Source: an uncultured bacterium
GTDB taxonomy: Bacteria > Edwardsbacteria > AC1 > EtOH8
Length of the DNA stretch: 64,000 nt
Assembly: GCA_963780225.1 (NCBI GenBank)
Contig: CAWAAX010000009.1
Location: forward strand, 128,001-192,000
Direction of reading: 5' to 3'
The notes beneath the pieces are model-generated. The model made no database searches and was not told where the DNA came from. It saw nothing but the letters and a program-made list of their open reading frames with translations. Below are positions 11,089 to 20,185 of the stretch, in pieces; position 1 is the first letter of the stretch, and every line of letters starts with the position of its first letter. A program made the position numbers and the translations under genes.

Positions 11089-11784
11089 ATGATCCCGCTT
11101 AAAGACGACATAGTTTCCTCCAGCTTTCCGTTCATCAATACACTGTTGATCGCCGTAAATGCGCTGGCTTTTATGTTTGAATTAAGCCTGGGGCCGGAAT
11201 TGAACCGGTTCATTCTTCAGACGGCGACGGTGCCGGAACAGGTCATGGTGGACGGAGCCTTGGGCTGGCCCAGTATATTATATTCCATGTTCCTTCATGC
11301 CGGCTGGGCTCATTTTCTGGGCAACATGCTTTATCTTTACATCTTCGGCGATAATGTGGAGGACGCGCTGGGGCATTTCAAATACCTGGCCTTCTACCTT
11401 TTATGCGGGTTCGGGGCGGCCTGGGCCCATATCCTCACTGATCCGGGCTCTGCCGTTCCCATGGTCGGAGCTTCCGGGGCCATTGCCGGAGTGCTGGGGG
11501 CGTATTTCCTGCTTTACCCCAAGGCCCGGGTCCTGACCCTGGTGTTCCTGGGTTTCTTCATCCGGATCATCAAGATACCGGCCCTGGTGGTGCTGGGTTT
11601 TTGGATCATCCTGCAGCTGGTGCTGGGCTTGGGCAGTTTGCCGTTGAGGGGGCAGGGCGGAGGGGTGGCCTGGTTCGCCCACATCGGAGGGTTTGCCTGC
11701 GGCATGGTCCTGTTATTCGCGATGGGAGGATGGAGAAAACGGCAGAATTATGTTGCAAAAACCGGTGCTTTTTGGGATAATTAA
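11089..11784 (+). CDS. Rhomboid family intramembrane serine protease
   Basis: SMFLHAGWAHFLGNM, GASG catalytic Ser, AHIGG catalytic His. Confidence 0.95.
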   Translation: MIPLKDDIVSSSFPFINTLLIAVNALAFMFELSLGPELNRFILQTATVPEQVMVDGALGWPSILYSMFLHAGWAHFLGNMLYLYIFGDNVEDALGHFKYLAFYLLCGFGAAWAHILTDPGSAVPMVGASGAIAGVLGAYFLLYPKARVLTLVFLGFFIRIIKIPALVVLGFWIILQLVLGLGSLPLRGQGGGVAWFAHIGGFACGMVLLFAMGGWRKRQNYVAKTGAFWDN

Positions 11785-11897
11785 AATCTAATGCCGCACG
11801 AATAGAGAAGTTGTCACCGGTAACCAGAATTTCATCCGCGAAATATTACTTCTCGTCAAGATAAGCCAAAAGCGACGGTGGGGAAAGGACGGCTAAC

Positions 11898-12627
11898 ATG
11901 GAAAGAACAATGGCCAGGCTTAACTGGAAACAGTTCCAAAAACTGGTCCCCGGCAAGACCAACCGGGTGCTGCTGCCGGTGGGCACCATCGAAGCCCACG
12001 GGCCGGGGGCGCTGGGGACGGATGCCTTCATCCCGGAATATATCTGCCAAAAACTGGCCGGGCCGCTCAACGCCATGGTGGCGCCCACCATTCCCTACGG
12101 CCTGACCAGGTCGCTGATCGGTTTCCCCGGATCGCTGACCGTTTCCCCGGAAACCCTGACCGCCTATGTCAAGGAGACCGCCCTGAGCCTTACCCGGGCC
12201 GGGTTCAAGTACGTCATAATAATGAACGGCCACGGCGGGAACAATGATTGTCTTAAACCGGTGGGTCCGTATCTATGGCAGCAAAACAAAGCCAGGACAC
12301 TGATCGTTCACTGGTGGGAAGCTTCGGCCGCAATCGGCCAGAAATTCTTTAAAGGCACCGGACACGCCGGAGCTGATGAACTGGCGGCCCTGATGGCGGT
12401 GGACCCCGGCCTAGTGGCCAGGGAAGATTACCAGAAGCAGGAGGTGGGCGATTATCCGCCGGGGATGACGCCCTATCCCTTCCATAGCTCGATGATCTTA
12501 AATCAAAGGGGCCAGGGTTATCCGGTCTTTGATGCCCCCCAGGCCCGTAAATATATGGGTGAGACGGTTAAGACTGATATCTGATGAAGCCCGGATAATT
12601 TTAAACGCCTGGGAGAAACTGGACTGA
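11898..12627 (+). CDS. Creatininase/MftE family amidohydrolase (apparent +1 frameshift near 12570)
   Basis: LLPVGTIEAHG...GTD, NGHGGN, GHAGADE. Removing one A at ~12570 extends it as RLISDEARIILNAWEKLD* to TGA 12625-12627, overlapping the next ATG. Confidence 0.85.
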
Positions 12628-15404
12628 TGGCAGACATCTCCGTACAGATAGCCGAGCTGGAAAAACAGGCTGCCCTGGCCGGGCGGTATTTCGGCAAGCT
12701 GGAAGAAACCTGGGGCAGGTCGGCCGAGGCCCGTAATATCCTGAAGGGATTGGAGAATTATCTGGAGGAGAACCATATAGATGCCGGTTTCCTCAAAATA
12801 TTTTCCGAGGCTCCCGAGCCGGGAGTGATCTACGTGGAGCTGCCCCGGGGGGCCCGCGATTTTCATGGCCAGGCCGCCCAGCTGCTTTTGGACTGCTGCC
12901 TGGCCGAGTTCACTGGCGGCGGTGAAGGGTCTTGGGCAAAATGGAGGGAGTTCGGGCAGAATATATATTACGGGATCATCGAAGAGCTTTATTCCAATTT
13001 TGTCTCTTCTAAAACCCATCTGGCGTTTGTATTTGAACTGTCTTACCGGCAATTGATGTCGGAAGCGGCTCAGGTCTGGTGGGAAGGCCAGCCGGAGCAG
13101 GCCCTCCGGCTACGTCCGGCCATAGATCGCAGGTTGGGGCTGGAGATCACCGGCCTGCTTAAGCCCCTTAGGCAAAAGTTGCTGTCTCAAAAGCGTATGG
13201 AAACCGGCATTTTGGACGAACTGACCGATCAGGCCTGGGATGCCCCGATAGGGCCGGAGGGCGGACAGGCCAGGGAGATGTCCTTCATACTTTGGGAAGT
13301 AAACCTAAATCCCTGGCTTTTTTCCCGGATATTCTATCTGTTATACACCGACCAGATAAAGGCCGAAGAAGAATTGCTTTGGGAAAAGATAAATTCCGCC
13401 AATGTCACCAAGCCGGAAGAGATCATCAGCCTGATAACCGGAAAACTTCCCCAGGCCTCGGAGCTGGCCGTCAAAGAGATCCAAAAATTAGTGGTCAAGA
13501 AGGCGCTGGAGCTGGAAACCCGCGTCAACACCGAACTGTTGGAACTGCAAAAATATTCGGCCCGGATAAAAAAACAAACCCAGGATTTGGTGGTTCAGAA
13601 CAACGCCGAGATGAACAAAGCGGTGGAGGGGAAATTCAGCTCCGAAAGTCTGACCACCCTTTCGGCCAAGGTCAGCGACAGCATGATCCAGTTCCAGAAG
13701 GGATTGTTCTCTCAGCTCTGGCACCTGGGCGACCTGGAAAGCAAGGCGCGCAATCTGCAGGGATATCTGGAAAAAACCAGATACCTGCAGAAGATGCCGG
13801 CCAAGGAACTTTTGGCCATGCTGACCTCAAAGGCCCAGGACCCCAGCTTGGATTTGCTGCAACACCTGGCCCAGTTCAAACTTTACTCGCTGCACATCAA
13901 TAATAAATGGGAGGAATGGGCCCAAAAACATTCCCAGGAGTTGATGGAGCTGTTCCGGCAGGCGGTGGATCTGGCCCAGGGCCGGGTTGTTCCACTGGAG
14001 AGGGATTTTCAGAAGCGCAATCCCAAAGACCCCCAGTACCAAAAGATCAAACAGGAGCTGGAGGAGGCCCAAAGCGACCTGAAGGCCCTGGAGGGGCTGG
14101 TGGAGGAGAAGGGCGGCGGCCGGTTGTACCATGTGGAAAGAATAATCACCGGTTACCGGAAATTCATTAAAGAAACGGCCGAACCACTGGTTTTCTGTCG
14201 CCGGGTATCGCAGCTGGTCAAGCTATGGCCGCCCCTGCTGGCCAAAGATCCGCCCCTAATGCGGCAGCAGGAACTGTTCGATGAAGTCCGGTACTTGAAT
14301 GAGTCTTTAAAAAACACATCCCGCCACTGTATCCTGGCCGCCCAGGGCAAGGTTTGTTCGCTACCCCAGTTGGTGGGCGAGCATACCCGGGAGTTGAGGA
14401 GCCGGTTATTAAAGCGCTACGGGCGCAATATCGCGGTGATGGTCTACGATATCCGGGGTTCCAGTTTTATGAGCGCCAAACTAAACCAGGCCGAACGGGA
14501 ACGGGAGATAAAAAACAAGCTGGGATATTTGATCTCCCAAGTCATCAAACAACACGGGGGGATGCTGATCAAGGACACTGGAGATGGGGGGCTGGCCTGG
14601 TTTGGCGAAAACGGCCCGGAGCTTTATGAAAAATGCTACAAGGAAATGGTCAGCGCCAAGGGAATGAAGATTCGTCATTCCCTTGGCGCCGGGGCCGAAT
14701 TGATCATGCAACCTTCGGCCGAGTCTTCCCGGCTGGCCTCAGATTGCGCCTGCCAGATGTTGAAAACCGCCGAACGATTCATCCAGGATAATTATTCCAA
14801 CTATCGGGAGTGGTTCAAAGAAGCCAAGGAGCGGGAGATCCTGCACCAGGGCACAAGTTATGCGGTGTTGCCCCCTGAATTCAAGGCCCTGTTCCGCTTG
14901 GGAGTGGGGATCTGTTCCGGCGAGCCGGGACGCGATGTATCGCTGGCCTTTAACGCCGCCGGGGATCTGGACCTGTGCGGTACCTTGGTCAATGATGCCA
15001 GCCTGCTGGCCACCGGCCGCGATCCCATGCGTTCGGTGGTAATGCTGGATCAAGCGGCTTGTTTCAACCTGCTGTTGAATTCCGAGCGGTTCGAGCCCTC
15101 CTACCAAAAAGATTTTGAGGCGGGCAACATTTCGGGGCCCGAGGCCTGGGAAAAAAGCCTGTGGGAGGCTTACGGCATGGCCGGGGCGGTGCTACCCGAC
15201 GGCAATTATCATTTCCCGGCGGCTGATTTTGATATCGTCCGGGTGGGGCTTAAAACCGCCATTAAAAACGAGAACGAGAAAAACCAAAGCCTGAAGTTCG
15301 AATCGGTCTCCGGTAGCCTGGTGGTAGGCGATGAAGGCTCATTGTATCAGATGGAGGACCGGGCCGAGATCAAATTAGTCTACGAGTTAAAACCCAACCT
15401 TTAA
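12627..15404 (+). CDS. Large helical/coiled-coil protein with C-terminal class III nucleotidyl cyclase-like domain
   Basis: VMVYDIRGSS, GGMLIKDTGDG, RLGVGICSG and DLCGTLVNDASLL match class III AC/GC motifs. Confidence 0.75.
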   Translation: MADISVQIAELEKQAALAGRYFGKLEETWGRSAEARNILKGLENYLEENHIDAGFLKIFSEAPEPGVIYVELPRGARDFHGQAAQLLLDCCLAEFTGGGEGSWAKWREFGQNIYYGIIEELYSNFVSSKTHLAFVFELSYRQLMSEAAQVWWEGQPEQALRLRPAIDRRLGLEITGLLKPLRQKLLSQKRMETGILDELTDQAWDAPIGPEGGQAREMSFILWEVNLNPWLFSRIFYLLYTDQIKAEEELLWEKINSANVTKPEEIISLITGKLPQASELAVKEIQKLVVKKALELETRVNTELLELQKYSARIKKQTQDLVVQNNAEMNKAVEGKFSSESLTTLSAKVSDSMIQFQKGLFSQLWHLGDLESKARNLQGYLEKTRYLQKMPAKELLAMLTSKAQDPSLDLLQHLAQFKLYSLHINNKWEEWAQKHSQELMELFRQAVDLAQGRVVPLERDFQKRNPKDPQYQKIKQELEEAQSDLKALEGLVEEKGGGRLYHVERIITGYRKFIKETAEPLVFCRRVSQLVKLWPPLLAKDPPLMRQQELFDEVRYLNESLKNTSRHCILAAQGKVCSLPQLVGEHTRELRSRLLKRYGRNIAVMVYDIRGSSFMSAKLNQAEREREIKNKLGYLISQVIKQHGGMLIKDTGDGGLAWFGENGPELYEKCYKEMVSAKGMKIRHSLGAGAELIMQPSAESSRLASDCACQMLKTAERFIQDNYSNYREWFKEAKEREILHQGTSYAVLPPEFKALFRLGVGICSGEPGRDVSLAFNAAGDLDLCGTLVNDASLLATGRDPMRSVVMLDQAACFNLLLNSERFEPSYQKDFEAGNISGPEAWEKSLWEAYGMAGAVLPDGNYHFPAADFDIVRVGLKTAIKNENEKNQSLKFESVSGSLVVGDEGSLYQMEDRAEIKLVYELKPNL

Positions 15405-15423
15405 AATATTTACGAAGACTGCC

Positions 15424-16837
15424 ATGGCCAAAATTCTGATAGTGGATGAGGACCGGCTGTTTGCCCTGACGGTGGTTCACGTGCTTTCCCGCTATGGCCA
15501 TCAGACGGTGCTGGCCGACAAGCCTTCCAAGGCCGCCGGACTGCTGGAACGTGAGGAGGCCGATCTGCTGCTGATGGAAGCCGAGCTGGCCGGGCGCAAA
15601 GGCCTGCAGCTTTTAAAGGAATTGCGGCAGCTCAGGCCCGATGTTCCGGTGGTGCTGTTCGTGGACCGCAGTCTTAACCACGAGGCCCGGGAGCAGCTGA
15701 AAAAGGGGGTTTTTGACTATATCAACAAACCCTTTGGACACGAGGAGCTGTTGGTGACGGTGGAACGGGGGCTGGAGCGCCGGCGGTTGGTGCTTTCCAA
15801 TAAACAACTTTTATCCGATTTGGAACAAAGGGTGCGGGAGCTTTCCACTTTCAATGCGGTGGCCCGGACACTAAACTCCACTCTCAAGCTCAAAGAAGTG
15901 CTGGACATTGTGATGACCAAGATCAAGGCTCTGATCAAGGCCGAGGCTTGGTCGATCCTGATGCTGGACGAGATAAGCAACGAGTTGGTATTCGAAGTGG
16001 CGGTGGGGGAAAAGGGCGATCAGATCAAGGAGATGCGGCTGGCTTTGGGCCAGGGGGTGGCCGGCTGGGTGGCGCAGCAGGGACAGCCGGTGATTGTGCC
16101 GGACGTGGCCAAGGACCAGCGATTTTTCAAGGGAATGGATAATAGAACCGGATTCAAGACCAGATCGATAATCGCTACCCCCTTGATCTCAAGAGGGCGG
16201 CTGATAGGGGTTTTTGAGATCATTAACAAGCTGGGGCCGGATCCCTTCAACCAAAAGGACCTGGAGCTGCTGCAGACTCTGACCGATCATGCGGCCATCG
16301 CCATCGAGAACGCCAGATTGTATGAAAAGGCCCAGAAACTGGCGGTTACCGACGATTTGACAGGGCTTGTCCAACTCCAGGCATTGCGACCTGTTCTTCA
16401 AAAAAGCGCTGGAAGAGGCCAAAAAACAAGGCAGAAACCTCTCGGTGCTGTTCATCGATCTGGACCACATGAAGGAGGTGGACGATACTTACGGGCATCT
16501 TTTGGGAGGCCAAACCTTAAAAGAGGTGGCGGACCGGATCGGAGCCCTGGTCAAATCTCCGGACTTGGCCTCGCGCTATGGCGGCGACGAGTATGTGATC
16601 ATCCTGCCATTCAAGGGGGCGGTCGAGGCCAAAAGCCTGGCCGAGACCATCAGAAAAAAGATCGAGGCTGAACCTTTTTTGACGGCCCATAAGCTTTCCT
16701 GCAAGATAACGGCCAGCATCGGGATAGCGGTCTACCCCGAACACGGCCAGACCATGGACGAACTGCTGTCCAAAGCCGACAAGGCCATGTACCGGGTCAA
16801 GGAAACCGGCAAGAACCGGGTTCAGATGGCGGAGTAA
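15424..16837 (+). CDS. REC-GAF-GGDEF diguanylate cyclase (apparent +1 frameshift near 16365)
   Basis: Receiver N-terminus, GAF, TDDLTG, then the other frame continues LSNSRH...FIDLDHMKEVDDTYGH...RYGGDEY...ADKAMYRVK. Confidence 0.88.
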
Positions 16838-16840
16838 AAG

Positions 16841-17209
16841 ATGAAGTATTGTCCTAAATGCCGGTCCGAATACCGGGATGGTTTCCAGATCTGTTCTGAC
16901 TGCGGCAGCCCTTTGGCCGGAAGGTTGCCAGATGTTCCCGCTGAGGCAGCCCCTGAGGGCGAGCTGATATCGGTATTCGATCCTCCGGACCCGCTGATAG
17001 GACAGTCCCTGGCGGCGTTGCTGGAGGATAACGGCATCAGGTGCATATTGAAGTCGGAGCAGATCCCTGCTTACGCTGACGTGGCCATGATGCTCCGGCC
17101 GCGCTGGGGGCGGCTGATGGTGCTGGAGGGAGACCGGGCCAGGGCGGAAAACCTGATAAATGAATATCTTTCTGCTCCGGCCCAGGAGGAACCAGAGGGG
17201 GAAAAATAA
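16841..17209 (+). CDS. Zinc-ribbon plus DUF2007-like protein
   Basis: CPKC...CSDC zinc ribbon, then ALLEDNGIRC typical of DUF2007. Confidence 0.75.
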   Translation: MKYCPKCRSEYRDGFQICSDCGSPLAGRLPDVPAEAAPEGELISVFDPPDPLIGQSLAALLEDNGIRCILKSEQIPAYADVAMMLRPRWGRLMVLEGDRARAENLINEYLSAPAQEEPEGEK

Positions 17210-17210
17210 A

Positions 17211-17238
17211 AAAACCGCAAGTGAAACACTTGCGGTTT
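17211..17238. terminator. Probable bidirectional terminator
   Basis: aaaccgcaagtg aaa cacttgcggttt between convergent units. Confidence 0.65.
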
Positions 17239-17294
17239 GTCTAACAGATGGTGCCCCGCCTTTGGCGGGGCTATTGTAAATCATAAAGTCATAA

Positions 17295-17382
17295 TGGTGC
17301 CGGAGGGGGGATTTGAACCCCCATGGCCTTGCGACCACAAAGTTCTGAGCCTTGCGCGTATACCAAATTTCACCACTCCGGC
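17295..17382 (-). tRNA. tRNA-Leu(CAG)
   Basis: Reverse complement GCCGGAGTGGTGAAATTTGGTATACGCG CAAGG CTCAGAA CTTTG TGGTCGCAAGGCCA T GGGGGTTCAAATCCCCC CTCCGGCACCA; long variable arm, encoded CCA. Confidence 0.95.
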
Positions 17383-17393
17383 ATAGAAACATA

Positions 17394-17423
17394 ATTATAA
17401 ACCAAAACGACCGTCGCTGTCAA
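17394..17423 (-). promoter_or_regulatory. Sigma70 promoter for tRNA-Leu
   Basis: TTGACA (17423-17418), 18 nt, TATAAT (17399-17394) on the minus strand. Confidence 0.7.
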
Positions 17424-17424
17424 G

Positions 17425-17883
17425 ATGCAAAAAGACCCCACCATCCAGAACCGCAGCGCCAGGCATGATTACGAGATACTGGAATCGCTGGAAGCCGGGC
17501 TGGCCCTGACCGGAACCGAGGTCAAGTCCATCCGGCAGGGATTGGCCAATCTCAAAGAGAGCTATGCCCTGGCCAAGGGGGGCGAGGTCTTTGTTTACGG
17601 GATGCATATCTCACCCTATGATCACGGTAACCGCTTTAACCAGGAATCGGTCCGGCCCCGCAAACTGCTGCTGCATAAAGCCGAGATCAAAAGGCTGTGC
17701 TCCAAGACCCAGGAGAAGGGTTTGACCCTGATTCCCCTGTCAATGTATTTTAAGAACGGAAGGGTCAAGATCCAACTGGCGCTGGGCAAAGGGAAGAAGT
17801 TCTATGACCGCCGGGAGGACATCAAGAAAAGGGATGTGGAGCGGGAAATTAGGGCGGTAAGCAAAAGAGCGCATCGAGAATGA
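17425..17883 (+). CDS. smpB: SsrA-binding protein
   Basis: NRSARHDYEI...EAGLALTGTEVKS, RKLLLHKAEI, GKGKKFYDRRE. Confidence 0.97.
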   Translation: MQKDPTIQNRSARHDYEILESLEAGLALTGTEVKSIRQGLANLKESYALAKGGEVFVYGMHISPYDHGNRFNQESVRPRKLLLHKAEIKRLCSKTQEKGLTLIPLSMYFKNGRVKIQLALGKGKKFYDRREDIKKRDVEREIRAVSKRAHRE

Positions 17884-17894
17884 TGCGCTCTTTT
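17863..17894. terminator. Probable bidirectional terminator
   Basis: aaaagagcgcatc gagaat gatgcgctctttt. Confidence 0.65.
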
Positions 17895-17930
17895 ACGTTC
17901 AGGAGGATCATGGTTACCCCGGGCCATCTG

Positions 17931-18794
17931 CTAATGATGTCCATCAGTGTCCCCGTTGCCCTGCATCCAAAGGCGGAGGGGAAGGGACAGCCTGCTCATT
18001 ATCCGGATCAGCAGGGTGGATAACCGGTGCGGGTAGTGCTTGGCAAAATACCTGATCATACTTTGGTGGGAGCTGATGATCATGGCTCTCTTTACCCGGC
18101 GGGTGCTGACGCCGTGATGATGGTAAACTTTGGCCTGGGGTAAAAAATAAAGCTGTCCCCCGGCCCGGCTGATCCGCAGGCACCAGTCCACCTCATTGAA
18201 GAACATGGGAAAATTCTCTTCATCCAGCAGACCAACTTTTTCCAGCACGTCTTTTCGGATCATCAGACAGGCGCCCATTGGCTGGTCTACCAAGGCCGGC
18301 GTCAGATGATCGAAGTATCCCATACGCCACCGGCCAAACATCCTGTTTTTAGGGAACAAGCGTGACAATCCTGTAAATTCGTAAAGCATTATAAGGCGAT
18401 CCGGAAACTGGCGGCAGGAAGGTTGGACCGAACCGTCCAGGTTCAAAAGCTGGGGGCCCAGGGCCCAAACCAGGGGATGCTCAACCAAAAAACCAGTCAT
18501 GGTCGAAAGGGCTCCAGGGGTAAGCACGGTATCGGGATTTAAAAGCAGGATAAGATCTCCGGATGCCAGTTTCAATCCCTGGTTAACCGCCCGGGCAAAA
18601 CCGAGGTTGCTTTGGTTTTCAATGATCTTGATCCTGGCTCCATACTCCCGCAGGGTATTAAGGGTGGAGTCCCGGGAATCGTTGTCAACGGCAATTACCT
18701 CCAGATCCTGATTCTGGGAAAACAGGGAATCAAGACAGGGGCGGATGTAGTCCTGGCTGTTCCAGGTCACTATTATCACAGAAAGACGGGTCAT
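17931..18794 (-). CDS. Glycosyltransferase family 2 (WbbL-like)
   Basis: SVIIVTWNS, VDNDSRD, NLGFARAVNQG, LLNPD, EVDWC. Confidence 0.92.
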   Translation of the reverse strand: MTRLSVIIVTWNSQDYIRPCLDSLFSQNQDLEVIAVDNDSRDSTLNTLREYGARIKIIENQSNLGFARAVNQGLKLASGDLILLLNPDTVLTPGALSTMTGFLVEHPLVWALGPQLLNLDGSVQPSCRQFPDRLIMLYEFTGLSRLFPKNRMFGRWRMGYFDHLTPALVDQPMGACLMIRKDVLEKVGLLDEENFPMFFNEVDWCLRISRAGGQLYFLPQAKVYHHHGVSTRRVKRAMIISSHQSMIRYFAKHYPHRLSTLLIRIMSRLSLPLRLWMQGNGDTDGHH

Positions 18795-20185
18795 ATTCGA
18801 CCGTCTCTATCCGGGCGAACTGGCGTCCCGTTTGGCGATTTATCTTTAGAACTGAACAGGATCACCAGGCCTGGTCCGGCAAGGACGCATAACAGCGGCA
18901 TTATGGGATGCCGGAAACGGCTGTTGGCGGTCATACCCCCGGAAAGAAACAAAAAGTAGAGGATAGTGGCCAGCAGCAACAAAATCTGCAAATTAGTATG
19001 TTTCCAGTTCCGGCGGTAAGCTAAGGTCAGTATCATTAAAAAGACAGGAAAGGTGCTTAAAAGCAAACTTAGCCCCAGGTACGGCAGGTGCTTCAATAAA
19101 GTGCCCATTACCTGTCCGGCCGGGGCGGTCAGACCCAAGCTGTAGGCCAAATCCGGGGGTGCCAGGCCACCGGCCCTGAACAAACTGAGGAATTCCCCGG
19201 TTCCGGGGCCAATCAAAATCAACAACATGCCTTTGAGATGGAGATAAAAGAAATAAGGGAGGTTCCCCATAATTCCTTGGAGCGCCTGTTGATGCAGGTA
19301 TCGGTAGACCTGGCCCTGATCCCAGGTGCGGGCCTGTGGATGGTGCTGGAAGAATGACTCGAGGTCAATCATGCCTTGGGAAAGTTTCAACTGGAGATAG
19401 GTGCAACCCTGGCGATGGGCCAGCACTGCAGGCAGGTGAAAGAAATAGAGATTGACGTCGGAGATAGCAGAGAAGCCTGGATAGTTGGCTCGGTTTCGGT
19501 TCCTCAGAGACCAAGGTAAAAGCAGGGCCAGGCAGATACCGGCCAGAGCAAGGCCCCTGAGGGCGGAAGCAGGACGGAGCGGGGGGCGGAAGGTGACCAC
19601 CCCCGCCAATACTATGAACATGTAATATCCAACAGGTCGGGTGTAGGCGGCCACAGAGACGGCCAATGCTGCTATCAAGAGGTGGCGGAACCGTCCATCC
19701 TTCAGGTATTGTAAGACCATAAAAATGGCCGCCAACACCAGGGTGGTGAACAGTGACTCCGTCATCAGTTTGCTGGCGTAAAGCACCGACAAGGGTTCTA
19801 TCGCGTATAACAGGGAAGCTGCCAGCGAGACCCTGGAGTTTGAGAAAATCGATTCGGCGATCTTGTAGACAAGATAAACCGAGAAGCAGCTCAATAAAAT
19901 CTGCAGGGCTATCGTCACCAGCCAAGCGTGGCCCAGGGCCAGGCCTATCGTCAAGAAAAGCGGATAGCCGGGGGTCCGGATGATATCCGGCTGGCCGCCA
20001 ACGGCGAAAGCTCCCTCACTCAGCAGGCTTCGGGCCGGCTCCAAATAGGTAGTGCTATCAGCAGTAGTGAACGCCGCAGGATTTCTGGTGGTCAGCCAGG
20101 CAGCCAAAGGCAGGGCCAGCCTGAGCAAGGCGGCGATGATCAGGATGCTGGTCAAAGGATCCCATCCGCGTTTTAAGATATTCAT
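18791..20185 (-). CDS. Polytopic GT-C type glycosyltransferase (ArnT/PMT-like)
   Basis: Many TM helices, DSTTY, RTPGYPLFL, MTESLF, RFRHP. Confidence 0.8.
   Translation of the reverse strand: MNILKRGWDPLTSILIIAALLRLALPLAAWLTTRNPAAFTTADSTTYLEPARSLLSEGAFAVGGQPDIIRTPGYPLFLTIGLALGHAWLVTIALQILLSCFSVYLVYKIAESIFSNSRVSLAASLLYAIEPLSVLYASKLMTESLFTTLVLAAIFMVLQYLKDGRFRHLLIAALAVSVAAYTRPVGYYMFIVLAGVVTFRPPLRPASALRGLALAGICLALLLPWSLRNRNRANYPGFSAISDVNLYFFHLPAVLAHRQGCTYLQLKLSQGMIDLESFFQHHPQARTWDQGQVYRYLHQQALQGIMGNLPYFFYLHLKGMLLILIGPGTGEFLSLFRAGGLAPPDLAYSLGLTAPAGQVMGTLLKHLPYLGLSLLLSTFPVFLMILTLAYRRNWKHTNLQILLLLATILYFLFLSGGMTANSRFRHPIMPLLCVLAGPGLVILFSSKDKSPNGTPVRPDRDGRI

Noticed and set aside
11785..11897. c-di-GMP or other riboswitch ahead of the creatininase-cyclase genes
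   Set aside because: No GEMM-type GCAAA/GNRA-receptor pattern or other recognisable aptamer
16355..16385. Programmed frameshifting in the DGC, PHP, creatininase or rsmH genes
   Set aside because: No slippery heptamer or shared stimulatory structure; the pattern fits single-base insertion errors
17210..17425. Prophage or island integrated at tRNA-Leu, or tmRNA next to smpB
   Set aside because: No integrase, no duplicated tRNA 3' end noticed, and no tmRNA ends or tag reading frame
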